A program made the translations under genes and the position numbers. Below, piece by piece: positions 30,442 to 39,255 of a stretch of DNA of 64,000 bases. Positions within the stretch are counted from its first letter, which is position 1, and each line of letters starts with the position of its first letter. This DNA is from a bacterium. GTDB lineage: Bacteria; Actinomycetota; Acidimicrobiia; Acidimicrobiales; Bin134. The stretch lies in NCBI GenBank assembly GCA_026708015.1, contig JAPOVT010000048.1, forward strand, positions 132,112 to 196,111, in the 5' to 3' direction. The notes beneath the pieces were generated by a model. It saw only the letters and a program-made list of their open reading frames with translations, did no database searches and was not told where the DNA came from.

Positions 30442-30915
30442 CTACTGCTCAAGGGACACGATTTGAACCGACAGAGTCCCGCCGGCGGGACTCTCAAACG
30501 ACACGGTGTCGCCGACGTCCGCCCCGATAATGGCCGCTCCCATCGGAGAGGCCGGGGAGATCACGTCGAGTCCGTCGTGGCGCTCCTCGATCGATCCCAC
30601 CAGATAGGTCTCCACGTCATCGGGATCGCCGTCGTAGGCCACGGTGACCACCGAGCCCACCGCCACCGTTGTTCCGTCGCCCGCTTCGACGATCTGGCAG
30701 TTGTTCAACAGCGCGCTGAGCTGGGCGATGCGGGTTTCCATCTTGCCCTGTTCGTCTTTGGCCGCGTGGTAGTCGCCGTTCTCGCTCAGGTCTCCCAACT
30801 CGCGGGCCGCTTCGATCTTCCGGGCGATGTCAACCCGTCCGACCGTGGTGAGCTGTTCGAACTCAGCCCGCAGGCGGTCGTATGCCGTCTGGGACAGCTC
30901 ATGGGTTTCCGGCAT
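30442..30915 (-). CDS. greA: Transcription elongation factor GreA
   Basis: ARELGDLSENGDYHAAKDEQ coiled-coil motif and a C-terminal FKBP-like domain. 157 aa. Confidence 0.92.
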   Translation of the reverse strand: MPETHELSQTAYDRLRAEFEQLTTVGRVDIARKIEAARELGDLSENGDYHAAKDEQGKMETRIAQLSALLNNCQIVEAGDGTTVAVGSVVTVAYDGDPDDVETYLVGSIEERHDGLDVISPASPMGAAIIGADVGDTVSFESPAGGTLSVQIVSLEQ

Positions 30916-30971
30916 AGCGGACCAGTTTAGTGTTCGCTTTGGGGGAGGCTGTATTCGTATTCTGATGGGCC

Positions 30972-31952
30972 ATGGCCCACGTGATCGGAGTACTAGGCGG
31001 CGACGGCATCGGCCCCGAGGTTGTAGCCGAGGGCCTGAAGGTGCTGGACGCGGCTGGCGTGGAACTCGACACGGTGCCCTACGACCTCGGCGGCGCCCGC
31101 TACTTGCGGGACGGCACTGTGCTGACCGACGAGATTATGGACGAGTGGCGGGGGTTGGACGCCCTGTATGTGGGGGCGGTGGGCACCCCCGACGTGCCCC
31201 CCGGGGTGATCGAGCGGGGGCTGCTGCTGCGGATGCGCTTCGAACTCGACCTCTACGTGAACCGCCGCCCGTTTCGGGCGCCCGACGGCTCCTTCGAGTT
31301 CGAGGTGATCCGGGAGAACACCGAGGGCACCTACGCCGGCGAGGGCGGGTTCCTGCGCCGCCACACCCCCCAGGAGGTGGCCACGCAGGGTTCGGTGAAC
31401 ACCCGGTTCGGTGTTGAGCGCTGTGTTCGCTACGCCTTCGAGCTGGCCCGCAGCCGCCCGGGGCGCCACCTCACCTTGGTACACAAGACCAACGTTTTGA
31501 CCTTTGCCGGAGACCTCTGGGAGCGGGCGTTCAACGAGGTGGCCGAGGAGTATCCCGACGTGGCCACCGCCTACAACCATGTGGACGCGGCCTGCATCTA
31601 CTTCGTGGAAGACCCCAAGAGCTACGACGTGATCGTGACCGACAACCTGTTCGGCGACATCCTCACCGACTTGGGCGGCGCGGTCTCCGGGGGTATCGGG
31701 CTGGCCGCCTCGGCCAACCTGAACCCCGATCGCACCGGGCCGTCGATGTTTGAGCCGGTGCATGGCTCAGCACCCGATATTGTGGGGACCGGCCGGGCCA
31801 ACCCCACCGCCGCGATTTTGTCGGCCGCAATGATGGTTGAGTTCTTGGGCGAGACCGACGCAGCCAACCGGATTCGGGCCGCCTGTGCCGACCCCACAAC
31901 TCAATACGGGACCACCACCGAGATCGGCGACGCCATTGCAGAGAGGGTGTGA
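30972..31952 (+). CDS. leuB: 3-isopropylmalate dehydrogenase
   Basis: Isocitrate/isopropylmalate dehydrogenase signature [12 protein letters not shown]. 326 aa. Sits in a leu gene context. Confidence 0.88.
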   Translation: MAHVIGVLGGDGIGPEVVAEGLKVLDAAGVELDTVPYDLGGARYLRDGTVLTDEIMDEWRGLDALYVGAVGTPDVPPGVIERGLLLRMRFELDLYVNRRPFRAPDGSFEFEVIRENTEGTYAGEGGFLRRHTPQEVATQGSVNTRFGVERCVRYAFELARSRPGRHLTLVHKTNVLTFAGDLWERAFNEVAEEYPDVATAYNHVDAACIYFVEDPKSYDVIVTDNLFGDILTDLGGAVSGGIGLAASANLNPDRTGPSMFEPVHGSAPDIVGTGRANPTAAILSAAMMVEFLGETDAANRIRAACADPTTQYGTTTEIGDAIAERV

Positions 31953-31997
31953 GCCCCGAATGATCGAGGCTATGCCCGCAGAAAGGAACTGAGCACG

Positions 31998-32918
31998 ATG
32001 CCAATCGAGACCACGGAGAAGGTGTGGATGGACGGCGAGCTGGTGGACTGGGCCGACGCCACTGTGCATGTGCTCACCCACACGCTCCACTACGGCAACG
32101 GCGTCTTCGAGGGCATCCGGGCCTATGAGACCGACGAGGGCGCGGCGGTGTTCCGGCTCACCCCCCACATCCGTCGCCTGTTCGCCAGTGCCAAGATCCT
32201 CCAAATCGACATCCCCTACACCGTGGACGAGCTGGTGGCCGCCACCAAAGAGACCGTGCGGGTCAACAACATGATGAGCTGCTACATCCGCCCTCTGGCC
32301 TATCTGGGATATGGCGAGATGGGGCTCAATCCGCTGCCCTGCCAGGTGAACGTGGCCATCGCCGTGTGGCCGTGGGGCGCATATCTCGGGGACGAGGGAA
32401 TTCGCAACGGGGTGCGGCTCATGGTCAGCTCCTGGCAGCGCCACGACCCCAACTCCATGCCCACCGCGGCCAAGGGCTGCGGGCACTACATCAACAGCCA
32501 GCTCGCCAAGGTGCAGGCGGTGAAGGCCGGCTACGACGAGGCGGTTCTGCTGTCGCCCCAGGGCTTTGTGAGCGAGTGTACCGGGGAGAATCTGTTCGTG
32601 GTACGCGATGGCACCATCGTCACCCCGCCCACCTCGGTGGGGGCGTTGGAGGGCATCACCCAAGACGCCATCCGCACCATGGCCTCCGACCTGGGCATTC
32701 CCTATGTGGCCGACAACCTGCTGCGCAGCGACCTGTATCTGGCCGACGAGGCCTTCTTGTCGGGCACCGCGGCCGAGGTGGTTCCCATCCGGTCGGTCGA
32801 CGACCGCGAGATCGGTGACCCCGGTCCGATAACCCGCAAGATCCAAGAGGTGTTCCAGGACGCGGTGCGGGGCCGACAAGCCCAGTACCGGCATTGGAAC
32901 GAGCATGTCGACCGCTGA
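31998..32918 (+). CDS. ilvE: Branched-chain amino acid aminotransferase (class IV)
   Basis: YGNGVFEGIRAY, EGITQD... and class IV fold motifs. 306 aa. Confidence 0.9.
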   Translation: MPIETTEKVWMDGELVDWADATVHVLTHTLHYGNGVFEGIRAYETDEGAAVFRLTPHIRRLFASAKILQIDIPYTVDELVAATKETVRVNNMMSCYIRPLAYLGYGEMGLNPLPCQVNVAIAVWPWGAYLGDEGIRNGVRLMVSSWQRHDPNSMPTAAKGCGHYINSQLAKVQAVKAGYDEAVLLSPQGFVSECTGENLFVVRDGTIVTPPTSVGALEGITQDAIRTMASDLGIPYVADNLLRSDLYLADEAFLSGTAAEVVPIRSVDDREIGDPGPITRKIQEVFQDAVRGRQAQYRHWNEHVDR

Positions 32919-34557
32919 GGCGGCCGGATCCCGGCCCCTGCCCGCCGCGGTAGAGATTTACGACACCACCCTTCGCGACGGGAGCCAGCTCGAGGGCATC
33001 TCCCTCACCGTGGAGGACAAGCTCCGCATTGCCCGCCAGCTCGACTATCTCGGTGTCCACTACATCGAGGGCGGCTGGCCCGGCTCCAATCCCAAAGACG
33101 ACGAGTTCTTCGCCCGGGCCCTCGACGAGTTGGACCTGAAGACCAGCACCCTGGTGGCCTTCGGCTCTACCCGAAAGGTGAAGGGGCGCACTGACGATGA
33201 TCTGACCTTGGCCAATCTGGTGGCCTCCGGCACCGAAGTGGCCTGCATTGTGGGAAAGTGCTGGGACTACCACGTACTCGAAGCTCTGCGGACCACCCTC
33301 GACGAAGGAGTGGCCATGGTGGCCGACTCGGTGCGGTTCTTGAGGGAGAACGGCATGCGGGTGTTCTTCGACGCCGAGCATTTCTTCGACGGCTACCAGA
33401 ACAACCAGGAGTACAGCTTGGCGGTGCTAGAGGCGGCCGCGGTGGCCGGCGCCGATCGGCTGGTGCTGTGCGATACCAATGGAGGCTCGCTGCCCGCTCG
33501 GGTGGAGGACATCGTGGGCGCAGTGGTCGACTATCTGGACACTCCGGTGGGGGTCCACCTCCACGACGACACCGGGTGCGGGGTGGCCAACGCCCTTGCT
33601 GGAGTGCGGGCCGGGGCCACCCAGGTGCAGGGAACCATCAACGGCTATGGCGAGCGCACCGGCAATTGCAACCTGGTGCCCATCATTGCCAACCTCAGCC
33701 TCAAGATGGGGGTGGAGACCGTTCCCCCCGATCGGCTGGAGCGGCTCACCGCGGTGTCGCACCACGTTGCTGAGCTGGTGAACTTCCCGCCCGACCCCCA
33801 GCAGGCTTATGTGGGGTCGTCGGCGTTCGCCCACAAGGCCGGCCTCCACACCAGTGCCATCGCCCGCCGTCCCGATGCCTATGAGCACATCGAACCGGCC
33901 GCGGTGGGCAACGGAACCCGTTTCGTGGTGTCGGAGATGGCCGGACGCTCGACGGTGGAGCTCAAGGCCGAGGAATTGGGACTCGACCTCGACGGCAAGG
34001 CCGTCGGCGAGATCGTGGACACCCTCAAGAAGCTGGAGCATGCCGGCTACCACTTCGAGGTGGCCGACGCCTCTTTGGAGCTGTTGATGCGGGCGGCGTC
34101 GGGATGGACGCAGCCGTACTTCGAGTTGGAGTCGTTCAGAGTTTCCACCGAGCACCGGTCGGGCACCGGCGCCCGGGCTTGGAACGAAGTGGCAGTGGAG
34201 ATGGACACCGAGGCCACGGTGAAGCTCCACGTAGGAGGCGAGCGCATCGTGGCCACCGGGGAGGGGAACGGACCGGTCAATGCCTTGCATGCTGGGCTAA
34301 TGCTGGCCCTGGGCGACCGCTACCCGGCGTTCCGATCAATTGCTCTCATCGACTACAAGGTGAGGGTGCTTGACACCGCGGCGGGGACCGCGGCGGTGAC
34401 CCGGGTGATCATCGACTCCACCAACGGCGACCGGGTTTGGACCACCATCGGCGTGTCCACCAACATCGTGGAAGCCAGTTGGCAGGCCCTGGTGGACAGC
34501 CTGGTGTTCGGGCTCTTGCACAGCGAAGACGGAGCCAACAATCAAAGCAAGGAGTAG
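32905..34557 (+). CDS. cimA: Citramalate synthase / LeuA-family HMGL-like enzyme
   Basis: YDTTLRDGSQ, HLHDDTGCGVANA, and a C-terminal LeuA-dimer-like domain. At 550 aa it is distinct from the long leuA at 23357. The cimA versus leuA2 assignment is inference. Confidence 0.75.
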   Translation: MSTAEAAGSRPLPAAVEIYDTTLRDGSQLEGISLTVEDKLRIARQLDYLGVHYIEGGWPGSNPKDDEFFARALDELDLKTSTLVAFGSTRKVKGRTDDDLTLANLVASGTEVACIVGKCWDYHVLEALRTTLDEGVAMVADSVRFLRENGMRVFFDAEHFFDGYQNNQEYSLAVLEAAAVAGADRLVLCDTNGGSLPARVEDIVGAVVDYLDTPVGVHLHDDTGCGVANALAGVRAGATQVQGTINGYGERTGNCNLVPIIANLSLKMGVETVPPDRLERLTAVSHHVAELVNFPPDPQQAYVGSSAFAHKAGLHTSAIARRPDAYEHIEPAAVGNGTRFVVSEMAGRSTVELKAEELGLDLDGKAVGEIVDTLKKLEHAGYHFEVADASLELLMRAASGWTQPYFELESFRVSTEHRSGTGARAWNEVAVEMDTEATVKLHVGGERIVATGEGNGPVNALHAGLMLALGDRYPAFRSIALIDYKVRVLDTAAGTAAVTRVIIDSTNGDRVWTTIGVSTNIVEASWQALVDSLVFGLLHSEDGANNQSKE

Positions 34558-34559
34558 CA

Positions 34560-35093
34560 ATGGCCGCGCCTGACTATGTCCCCAACGAGACCGCAGTGGC
34601 CGACCGGCACTATGTGTCGCCGCCTCGTCGACCCCAGCCCTGGTTGGCTGATCGGCCCGCTGAGCTGACCGACGGCCAGCCGATGGGCGCCGGATTGGGC
34701 GTGCCCGGACCCGATCAGGGCTACGCCCTGCGCCTGGCCCGTCGCTTCGAGAGCGATTTGCTGCTGGGCCCCGGAGAGCACGCCGCCGATGCCATCGCCG
34801 GCTGCGTGGGGGTGGCGTTGAAGCGGGCGGCCTGCTTTGGTCGGGCGCCAGTGGCTGCCGATCTGGAGGTTGCCTTTCGGGTGTTCGGTTTCCTGCCCCC
34901 CGTCCCCGATGAGGCGCTGGTGGCGTGGCGCAAGGAGCTGTTCGGCGGCATCAGCCATCCCCACCACTACGCCGAGGCCCGGCAGTTAGTGGACCTGGTT
35001 TCGGAGGCGGCTCTGCGGATGACGCCCGGCGAGGTGGAGGCCGCCTGCCTCAACAACAGAGACGAACTGCTCGCGGTCGGCATCAGCCGGTGA
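34560..35093 (+). CDS. Conserved hypothetical protein
   Basis: 177 aa from ATG 34560, 3 nt after the cimA stop. Its stop overlaps the gltX GTG (GTGA). I do not recognise a domain. Confidence 0.6.
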   Translation: MAAPDYVPNETAVADRHYVSPPRRPQPWLADRPAELTDGQPMGAGLGVPGPDQGYALRLARRFESDLLLGPGEHAADAIAGCVGVALKRAACFGRAPVAADLEVAFRVFGFLPPVPDEALVAWRKELFGGISHPHHYAEARQLVDLVSEAALRMTPGEVEAACLNNRDELLAVGISR

Positions 35094-36496
35094 GCCCGGC
35101 TGACCCTTCGACCGGTGGCTCGTCTGGCTCCCGGCCCGAAACCCCAGTGGGCGACAACCTGCCGCGAGTCCGGTTCGCCCCGTCGCCCACCGGATATCTC
35201 CATGTCGGCTCGGCTCGGACGGCGCTGTTCAACTGGCTGTACGCCCGCTCTGTCGGCGGGACCATGGTGTTGCGGATAGAGGACACCGACGAGAGCCGCA
35301 ATCGCCCCGAGTTGACCGACGCCATCTTCGAGTATCTGGAGTGGTTGGGCATCCACTACGACGAGGGGCCGTTCTACCAGTCGGAGCGTCGGGACCGTCA
35401 CCGGGAGGCAGTGCAGCAACTCCTGGACAACAGCCAGGCCTACCTGTGCGACGCCGACGACAACGAGCTGACTGGCACCGAGATGGCCGAGGGCCGGGCG
35501 GTGCGGTTCAGGACCCCCGAAGGCACCACGGTGATCGACGACGTGGTCCGGGGCGAGGTGGCCGTGGACCACGCCCAACTAGGCGATTTCGTGATCTGGC
35601 GCTCCGATGGCTCGCCCACGTTCGTGCTGGCCAACGCGGTGGACGATGCTGACATGGCCATCACCCACGCCATCCGGGGCGAGGATCTGCTGTCGAGCAC
35701 CCCTCGGGCCGTGCTGGTGGCCGAGGCGCTGGGAGCGACTCCGCCGATCTACGCCCACCTGCCCCTTCTGGTGAACGAGCAGCGCAAAAAGCTGTCCAAG
35801 CGCCGCGACGACGTGTCGCTGGAGAGCTACCGGCGGCGGGGCTTCTTGGCCTCGGCCATGGCGAACTACCTGGCGCTATTGGGATGGGGGCCGCGCGACG
35901 GGGTGGAGATCAGGCCCATGGCCGACATCATCGGGCAGTTCCGGCTGGAGGACGTGAACAAGGCGCCGGCGTTTTTTGACCTGGCCAAGCTGGAGCACTT
36001 CAACGGGGTGTACCTCAGAGAGCTTGACCTCGAAGAGTTGCTGGCCGCGCTGGCCCCCTATCTGGAATCCGGCCCGGTGCCGTGGCCCGCCGAGCGTTAT
36101 CGCCCCGACGTCGTGGTCGCCATGGCCCCGCTAGTACAAGAGAAGCTGCGCACGCTCGACGGAATCGTGCCCCAGGTGGACTGGCTGTTCTGCCCCGACC
36201 CACCCATGGACGAGGCGTCATGGGACAAGGCCGTAGTACGGGGCAAGGCCTCAGCCGAGATCCTCGACGGAACCATCGCCGCGCTGGCCGACTGCTCCTG
36301 GGATCCCGACACCGTCAAGGACGCGGTGTTCGCAGTAGGGGAGGCCCTTGGCGTCAACCGCTCCAAGTCCCAGGCCCCCGTCAGGGTCGCTGTCACCGGA
36401 CGCTCAGTAGGCCCCCCGCTCTTCGAGCCCATGGTCCACCACCTCACCCGCGAAGAAGTCCTCCGCCGCCTGCGAGCAGCCCGCACCCGCCTCTAG
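35090..36496 (+). CDS. gltX: Glutamate--tRNA ligase
   Basis: RFAPSPTGYLHVGSARTALFNW (HIGH region) and KLSKRR (KMSKS). The GTG at 35090 was chosen. The 55 codons upstream overlap the previous gene. Confidence 0.92.
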   Translation: MSPADPSTGGSSGSRPETPVGDNLPRVRFAPSPTGYLHVGSARTALFNWLYARSVGGTMVLRIEDTDESRNRPELTDAIFEYLEWLGIHYDEGPFYQSERRDRHREAVQQLLDNSQAYLCDADDNELTGTEMAEGRAVRFRTPEGTTVIDDVVRGEVAVDHAQLGDFVIWRSDGSPTFVLANAVDDADMAITHAIRGEDLLSSTPRAVLVAEALGATPPIYAHLPLLVNEQRKKLSKRRDDVSLESYRRRGFLASAMANYLALLGWGPRDGVEIRPMADIIGQFRLEDVNKAPAFFDLAKLEHFNGVYLRELDLEELLAALAPYLESGPVPWPAERYRPDVVVAMAPLVQEKLRTLDGIVPQVDWLFCPDPPMDEASWDKAVVRGKASAEILDGTIAALADCSWDPDTVKDAVFAVGEALGVNRSKSQAPVRVAVTGRSVGPPLFEPMVHHLTREEVLRRLRAARTRL

Positions 36497-36569
36497 AGCT
36501 GCAATACCCAGTCGGGCGCGCTGCGACCAATCAACAGAGTTCGGTTTGCCATGCTGGGCAACCGCGGGT

Positions 36570-37877
36570 TCAAGCCGCGCCGAGTAGCAGGGGTTCTCGT
36601 GACCCGAGCGTTCCGGGTGGGGGTTTGTTGTGGTATCCGGTTTGGCAGCAGCTATCGGGGTCGGGGCTGAAGGGGTCGGGATCGAGCATGGGTTGGAGTT
36701 CGTATTTCCCGGTGTAGGAGCACTTCACGACTGCCCAGTTTCGGTCGTGGATGTCGTGGTGGCAGGCGGTGCAGACCAAAACGAGGTTGTCCAGGTCGGT
36801 GGGGCCGCCTTGTTGCCAGGAGACGATGTGGTGGGCTTCGCACCACACGGCGGATTTGCCGCAGCCGACGCAGTGCTTATCGCGGATTATGAGGGCGGCC
36901 CGCTGAGCTTCGGTGGCCGAGCGGGCTTTGCGGCCCACATCGAGGGTCTGGAACTTCGTGTCGAACACGCTGGGAAGCAAGTCGGCGTCGCAGGCCAGCC
37001 TCAGCGTTTCTGCTTTCGTCAGCGGGGTTCCGTCGAGCAGGCGGGCATCGGCCATCTGCTGGCTGATCTGGTCCCAGCTGGCGGTCAGGATCAGCTTGGT
37101 GCCCTGCGGGCGCCGGTTCTCGGCCTCGGCGCAGACTAGGTGTTCGAGGGCATCGGCCATCCGCTGGCCGAATGTGGATTCTGTGGCGCCGTCTTGCTGG
37201 GTTCGGATTCTGCGCTCCTGAGCGGCTAGCGCGGCCTCGATCCTGTTGCCTGCCTCGGGGTCGAAACGTCCGTACACGTCGTACATGCCATCTTGCGGCG
37301 ACTTGCGGATGCCGAAGTTGCGCTTTTGGAGTTGCCGGTCTCTCAATGACCTGCCGCCGTCGGAGGCTTGTTCGGTTTGGTGGTCGCGCACCGTTCGGGT
37401 GAACTGCCCGAAGTCTTCGGTCTTGGCCGCCTCGACCAGCGCGGTTTCGTCCACCGGTCCTTCAGAGGCGGCTCGGGCGATCAGCTTGGCATGATCAGCG
37501 GGTATTTCACCGGCTTGCAGCGCCTCGGCCGTCTCGGCTGCTTTGGATAGCCGTTCCGCGTCCATTAGCTCTTTGCGGGCTTGGCTGTTGGATGCGCCCA
37601 GGGTCTCCACGGCGGCTTGGCGAGCCGCACCTTGGCCCGATCGCTCAGACAGCGCCAACAGCGTCTTGGCTTTCAAGGCCGAAATAGTCGACTCGGCCTG
37701 GCCCAAATCTACGAGGCGCTGAGACAAATCAGACTCAGACAGCGCCGCCAAATCCACCGCGGGAACGCACACCGCAGCCCCGCACCCAGCGTTCCCGCCG
37801 GCCGCAGCTCTACTGCTGTTGCCCCTGGTAGATGGCCCTAAATCCATGCATGTAATCTTACACCCCACCAGTGACAA
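36570..37877 (-). CDS. DUF222 domain HNH endonuclease (13E12-repeat-type protein), copy A
   Basis: C-terminal HNH motif CVGCGKSAVWCEAHHIVSWQQGGPTDLDNLVLVCTACHHDIH, with an N-terminal DUF222-like region. Paralog of 50433..51704. The start is uncertain, with an alternative ATG at 37847. Confidence 0.85.
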   Translation of the reverse strand: MSLVGCKITCMDLGPSTRGNSSRAAAGGNAGCGAAVCVPAVDLAALSESDLSQRLVDLGQAESTISALKAKTLLALSERSGQGAARQAAVETLGASNSQARKELMDAERLSKAAETAEALQAGEIPADHAKLIARAASEGPVDETALVEAAKTEDFGQFTRTVRDHQTEQASDGGRSLRDRQLQKRNFGIRKSPQDGMYDVYGRFDPEAGNRIEAALAAQERRIRTQQDGATESTFGQRMADALEHLVCAEAENRRPQGTKLILTASWDQISQQMADARLLDGTPLTKAETLRLACDADLLPSVFDTKFQTLDVGRKARSATEAQRAALIIRDKHCVGCGKSAVWCEAHHIVSWQQGGPTDLDNLVLVCTACHHDIHDRNWAVVKCSYTGKYELQPMLDPDPFSPDPDSCCQTGYHNKPPPGTLGSREPLLLGAA

Positions 37878-37956
37878 CTACCCCCTGATTAAGCCCATCC
37901 TGCCGCACTTTTCAAAGAAAATTTGGATATTTCCCTTGGAAGGCTGGCCAGCGGAA

Positions 37957-38649
37957 CTAGGTGGATGGGGGCAGTGAGGGTGGGAGGCTGTTGACGATTC
38001 GGGCGGTCTCGACGGAGAGGTGGATGAGGCGGCGGAGGTGTCGGATGAGGTTGAAGGGTTCGTCGGCCCAGGCGTGCCATCCGTTGGGATCGTCAGTGAT
38101 GCCGCTGGGCTTGTCGTGCTTGTGGCGGAGGCTGTCGATGGCCCAGTCGAGCGGTGTGCGGCCCGACACGGTGTATTCGTGAGCCTCCTCAGGAATGTCG
38201 ATGAGCAGGCAGCGAGGGTTGATCTCCAACGTTGAGCGGTCGGTCTCCTTGCCTTGTTTGGCCCACCGCATCTTCGTCTCGATGCGGTAGGCGGCGGGGT
38301 CGGCTTCGCCCTCGTCGGGCTGGCCGTCCACCAGGCAGACCACGGGGTGCTCGTCGACAGTCTCATAGTTGACGTGCAGGTCCATGAGCGCCCGTCCCGC
38401 GGCCCTAAACGCCTCGAAGTCGGGGGCGAGGGGCACCCTGGGCAGGTTGCGCTGGAGGTCGTGCTTGTACCGCTCCCGCCAGTCGGGTGCGTGCATCACC
38501 CCATAGAGGTACTCCCAGATGTCGTCTTTGGTGATGTGGCTGCCGTAGCGGGCATGGAACTGCTCCAGGCACCAGTCGGTGATGTTGTCAGTGTCGGCGG
38601 GTTCCGGGCTGGGCAGGCTGAGGCCAAGGGTGGGGGCGTTGTCGGTCAT
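37957..38649 (-). CDS. Type ISP restriction-modification enzyme, detached C-terminal (target-recognition) domain fragment
   Basis: NITDWCLEQFHARYG..DIWEYLYGVMHAPDWRERYKHDLQRNLPRVPLAPDFEAFRAAGRALMDLHVNYE resembles the Type ISP C-terminal domain (PF18135, from memory). It is in the same frame as the large ORF but separated from it by stops. Confidence 0.75.
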   Translation of the reverse strand: MTDNAPTLGLSLPSPEPADTDNITDWCLEQFHARYGSHITKDDIWEYLYGVMHAPDWRERYKHDLQRNLPRVPLAPDFEAFRAAGRALMDLHVNYETVDEHPVVCLVDGQPDEGEADPAAYRIETKMRWAKQGKETDRSTLEINPRCLLIDIPEEAHEYTVSGRTPLDWAIDSLRHKHDKPSGITDDPNGWHAWADEPFNLIRHLRRLIHLSVETARIVNSLPPSLPPST

Positions 38650-39255
38650 TTGCGTCGGGGGATGACTCGGTTTGCGGGATCAACAGCGTGCAGGTCGGAC
38701 AGCAGGCCTGTGGCCAATGCCGCGAACCTGGTGCGGTTCGACGGGCTGCTCAACAGGATCGCCTCTGTTTGGGCATTGCCCGGGTTTGCTGGCCCGGCCC
38801 CATCAAGTGCAGGTCGGGCAGCGATCCCGTCGCCAGCACCCCGAAGATCGCCATATTCGACGGCCCCGCTATCAAGACTGCATTCCATCTCTGGTCCGCC
38901 TTGGGATGATCCTGCATCCTCCATCGAGTGTGTTGAGGTCGCTGATTGGCTTGGCTGAGAGGACCGAGAATCTTGTCCGGCTGGACGGACTGCTGACCAT
39001 GATGGGGGGGTCATCGCACTCGGCGGGGGAGTGCCCTTGTCTGCCTCGACCCCGAGATCATGGCCAGATCGGGCAGCGTTGCTGTGGCCAGTGCTTGGAA
39101 GGTCATGTTGGAAGTTCCCGAGATCAAGATTGTCTCCGTCGGGGGACGGCTCGGGTGGGTTGGTTGGTTCCGTTGGCGCTGAGATCCATTGGGCAGTTGC
39201 TGGCGATTGCCCCGAAAATTGCCCTGTTGTTGGGTGAGGCGATGAGGATGGTGTT
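38646..39255 (-). repeat. Array of five tandem diverged copies of a ~40-codon coding module, each in a different frame from its neighbour
   Basis: Module starts lie at 39249, 39130, 39003, 38878 and 38759 (spacings 119/127/125/119 nt). Stops lie at 39124, 39011, 38872, 38750 and 38646. Consensus: ILIxSPSNxxxFxxLATxxLPDLxxxxxxxxRxxPRR. Confidence 0.85.

Noticed and set aside
36540-36580. A T-arm-like sequence (CGCGGGTTCAAGCCGCGC) as a possible tRNA or tRNA fragment marking an integration site.
   Set aside because: No acceptor, D or anticodon arms can be built around it, and part of it lies inside the HNH CDS.
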